A stretch of 64,000 nucleotides of DNA, taken from assembly GCA_964016885.1 (NCBI GenBank), contig OZ024742.1, forward strand, positions 204,600,001 through 204,664,000, in the 5' to 3' direction. Source of the DNA: Eledone cirrhosa (taxonomy: Eukaryota). Under the pieces are notes generated by a model. The model saw only the letters and a program-made list of their open reading frames with translations, was not told where the DNA came from and ran no database searches. Positions 60,209 to 64,000 of the stretch are shown piece after piece. Numbering within the stretch: the first letter of the stretch is position 1; each line of letters starts with the position of its first letter. Both the position numbers and the translations under genes were made by a program.

Positions 60209-60488
60209 GTATATATATATATATATATATACGTACGACTTAATTCGGGCTGTTTGTTTACAAACAAACCGAGCATTATAATAAATGTTCGGTAAACCCA
60301 TACGTACATATATATATGTGTGCATGTATGTATATATATACATACTACTGTACGTCTGTATACATATATGTATGTACGTATACATACTTATATTTAAGTA
60401 ACAGCCGTACTAAGAGTGAGAAATGAAATTTCGTTTCATTTTTTACATATATATATATATACATATATATATACATATATATATATAC

Positions 60489-60690
60489 ATTGCACTCAGT
60501 GCTCCTTTGGGAGCCCCTACATGGACACACTAGAAGAGGAAGACCAAGGTTAACATATGTTGATGCCCTAAGTACAGACACTGGTCTGTTGGAGATGCAG
60601 GATATGGCAGCGATAATGAGGGACAGAGACCGCTGGAGAGAACTCGTCCATGGATCTCGGGAATTTTACCCGCCTTAGATAGATAGATAT
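60489..60690 (+). mobile_element. Short 3' fragment of the same RTE LINE as 8678-8915
   Basis: LHSVLLWEPLHGHTRRGRPRLTY..EFYPP* followed directly by (TAGA)n. Confidence 0.88.
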
Positions 60691-60850
60691 ATATACATAT
60701 GATATATAAAATAATACAACTGGCTTTCCACAAAATACATATAGTTAGCACCCCAAACACAAAATTGGGATTATACTAACGTATACCCTAATGTTTGTTG
60801 AGTGAGATGGTTACCAGTCAGAGTTTAGCTTAAAGCTGTTACTGTATTAA

Positions 60851-60934
<84 letters not shown>

Positions 60935-60952
60935 ATATACATATATATATAC

Positions 60953-61075
<123 letters not shown>

Positions 61076-61076
61076 C

Positions 61077-61123
<47 letters not shown>

Positions 61124-61172
61124 CATATATATATACATATACATATATATATATATATATAAATATATATAC

Positions 61173-61289
<117 letters not shown>

Positions 61290-61394
61290 CATATATATAT
61301 ACATATACATATATACTGCCAATTCAACTTTTCAAATACAAGTCGATGTTGTACGGTATGTCAAATCTATTTATCTATAAAACTGTTTATATTG

Positions 61395-61460
61395 TATTTT
61401 GTCTGAGGAAGGCATAGCATATTGTTAATATGATATCCCTGAAATATATATAATGAAATA
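61395..61460 (+). ncRNA. Type I hammerhead in element 61315-61590
   Basis: tattttgt-CTGAGGA-agg..catatt gtt aatatg..cct-GAAA-tatata-TA-atgaaata, overlapping AATAAA. Confidence 0.75.
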
Positions 61461-61609
61461 AATATGGTTTTATAAATATAGTTTCCATTTATTTAATATC
61501 GTAAATATACTCCAAATACTTATCGAGTGCTTTTATATCAGTTATAAATATTTACTAGTTGTAACCCAACAATTTAAATATAACTTTCCATATACATATA
61601 TATATATAT

Positions 61610-61688
<79 letters not shown>

Positions 61689-61689
61689 C

Positions 61690-61935
<246 letters not shown>

Positions 61936-62090
61936 GATTTTTAATGCAATGAAATATTTAATGCAATGAAATATCTATGATCGTCGGCAAATCACTGATG
62001 AGGGACTTATTTTATTACATGTTATCCATGTGCAACCTGCAGTATTCTTCTCCCCATTTTTTCACATATATATATATATATATATATATA

Positions 62091-64000
62091 CTAGCATTAA
62101 AGCCCGGCGTTGCTCGGGGTCAGTAAGTTACCAAAGTTAGGTTGCACCACCCATTTTATGGCACCACTTTTTTGTCTGCCATGCACTGGTTGAATGAATT
62201 GCAAGCCTGCACTGCCGAAGCAGGAGCTGCGCCAGCAATGACAATTGTACTTTCGCCTATTGATATTATCTCTGTGCAAAGAAGTGTTCAAATTTATTGT
62301 TTCACAGTATTTGCGCAACACGCGCGTAGACGATGCCAGCCGAACAACAGAGCTGCGATGGAGTTGTTCTGCATGACATGTTTTAACGGGGGAGGGGTGG
62401 ATTGACGGAACCGCAAACAGGGGCCTGAAAACATTGTCGAATTATGACAACCAAAAAAGAGGAAGACGGGTGATTGTATGGTTGGTGCATCATGTACGTC
62501 GGACGTAGAAGATGAGCCTGCTGATGTGCCGACGGAGAGAGGGAAATAGAGCTGAGCGGAGGCCAGGTGTTGGTGAAGTGTGAAGTAATTGCAGGGAACC
62601 GCCTATAAATGTAAATCCCGTCATTAAAGCATTGTTGACCCTTTGAGAGTCGTACGGAGGTGAAATACTAACCTGTCCACGGTCCTTCGAGGCCCACCAA
62701 ACGGGGGTTGGTGAGGAGCAACAGCTGATATTTGGGTAGGGTCGGAGTTGCAATGAAGCTTTGTAACGCCGCGAGAATCAGCCTTTGTACGGCAGATGGT
62801 GGGGAGTGTCCAGTGCACTGCAGTGAAGGTTAACCCTAGAAAGTACTCACGAAAAGGCAAAAAATAAAAAAATAAAAAAGTTATAAAAGCATCACTCTTG
62901 CTGCCGACACGCGAGCAGCCAACGTAAAGCTGACCATGAGAGAAACACGGCTCCCCCAAATGTATTCCCGCGACAGACAGTGTTTGTCCCTGCGCTTTGT
63001 TAATTGACATTGCGAAGCATGGCCTGACCGGGAACTGGGACCTCCGAAATGTGAAAGGTAGGTCTGCTCCTGATGGGAAAAGATGCATCCTCGGTATGAG
63101 CACAACCTTGCCCCGACCACACCCTGTGATTATCGTGGCCTCAATCAGATTGGGAGCTAAGGACTTAACGACCAAACGTGTGCCATTGCATTGTTTCGGC
63201 GGAACCAAATTTCGAATCAGCATTATAGGGGCACCAACTTTAAGTTTCAAAATGTGTGGGGGTAATCCGGGGGGCTCAAAGGAATTTAGTACCTCTATTG
63301 GATAGTTGATGGCGTCCTCGGGGTCAGGAGTTCTATCGATATACTTATATACGTAGCCATCCCCAGGAATGAGTTTTAGCATTTGATCATTAATATGGTT
63401 AAGAGTTTTATTCCTCGGGGCCAGAATAGCCCTTTGGACAAGCCAATCCATATTATGATAATTTGCTTGGAGATCTAGGAACACTGCATCCCTGAGATCA
63501 GAAGGCGTACTAACAACAGTACAAAGTGAGTCGATGGCAATATTACCCTTTTCATCCCCGGACGTTTTGCCTTCGCCAAGTGCAAGGAGGGTGTGAGAAA
63601 ATGCTGCTGATGTAATATCACCTCGCATATGAGCACGCATGTTAGTGTGAAGTTTCAGAGTCTTCCCCAGGGGCCAATATGCGGATGACTTAAGACACGC
63701 ACGTACTGCATCAGCTCTAGTCCCCTTGGGAATAACGGGAAGCGTTTGCCTGAAGTCCCCTGAAAGAAGAAGTGTTATGCCTCCCATTGGAGCCGTAGAG
63801 TCGTTGATGTCTCTCAGAGTTCTATCGAGCGCCTCAAGAGCACCTCTGTGGGCCATCGTGCATTCGTCCCAAACGATAAGCTTGCATCGTCTGAACACTT
63901 CTGCCTGATCGGAGCTCTTACTGATGTTGCAAATGGGTGTCTCAGTATTCGCTAAGTCAAGCCGGAGCTTGAAATAGGAGTGAGCTGTCCTGCCGCCCGG
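62091..64000 (-). mobile_element. Helitron 3' portion (runs off the window)
   Basis: CTAG at 62091 with hairpin cccggcgttgctcggg; helicase ORF upstream. Confidence 0.9.
62624..64000 (-). CDS. Helitron Rep/Hel protein, Pif1-like helicase domain (partial)
   Basis: GRTAHS, IVWDECTM, GDFRQTLP, CNGTRL, QFPVRPCFAMSINKAQGQT, FSHGQLYVGCSRV. Confidence 0.9.
   Translation of the reverse strand, partial: PGGRTAHSYFKLRLDLANTETPICNISKSSDQAEVFRRCKLIVWDECTMAHRGALEALDRTLRDINDSTAPMGGITLLLSGDFRQTLPVIPKGTRADAVRACLKSSAYWPLGKTLKLHTNMRAHMRGDITSAAFSHTLLALGEGKTSGDEKGNIAIDSLCTVVSTPSDLRDAVFLDLQANYHNMDWLVQRAILAPRNKTLNHINDQMLKLIPGDGYVYKYIDRTPDPEDAINYPIEVLNSFEPPGLPPHILKLKVGAPIMLIRNLVPPKQCNGTRLVVKSLAPNLIEATIITGCGRGKVVLIPRMHLFPSGADLPFTFRRSQFPVRPCFAMSINKAQGQTLSVAGIHLGEPCFSHGQLYVGCSRVGSKSDAFITFLFFYFLPFREYFLGLTFTAVHWTLPTICRTKADSRGVTKLHCNSDPTQISAVAPHQPPFGGPRRTVDRLVFHLRTTLKGSTML

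Overview
AT-rich eukaryotic intergenic or intronic DNA, probably from an octopus-like cephalopod (inferred from the SINE and MITE types and the huge (TA)n/(TACA)n tracts). No host protein-coding gene is recognisable, and most ORF-track entries are microsatellite artefacts. The non-microsatellite sequence is almost all mobile DNA inserted into (TA)n: four Penelope-like (PLE, RT and/or GIY-YIG) remnants, an RTE LINE, an R4/Dong-like RLE LINE, a CR1-like fragment, RTE-derived bipartite SINEs, tRNA-SINEs, Helitrons, and mariner, hAT and piggyBac-like remnants. The main hidden signal is a dense set of hammerhead ribozyme (HHR) motifs (CUGANGA...GAAA..NUH), about 25 copies in roughly a dozen apparently distinct sequence families. 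They sit in PLE 3' ends and in non-coding 310-, 541- and 630-bp retrozyme-like repeat units. Many retro-insertions, including the RTE LINE and one RTE-SINE, share a head-to-head fold-back architecture with both 3' ends in (TA)n, suggesting microsatellite-driven twin priming. All folds and alignments were read by eye; coordinates are approximate to a few bases.
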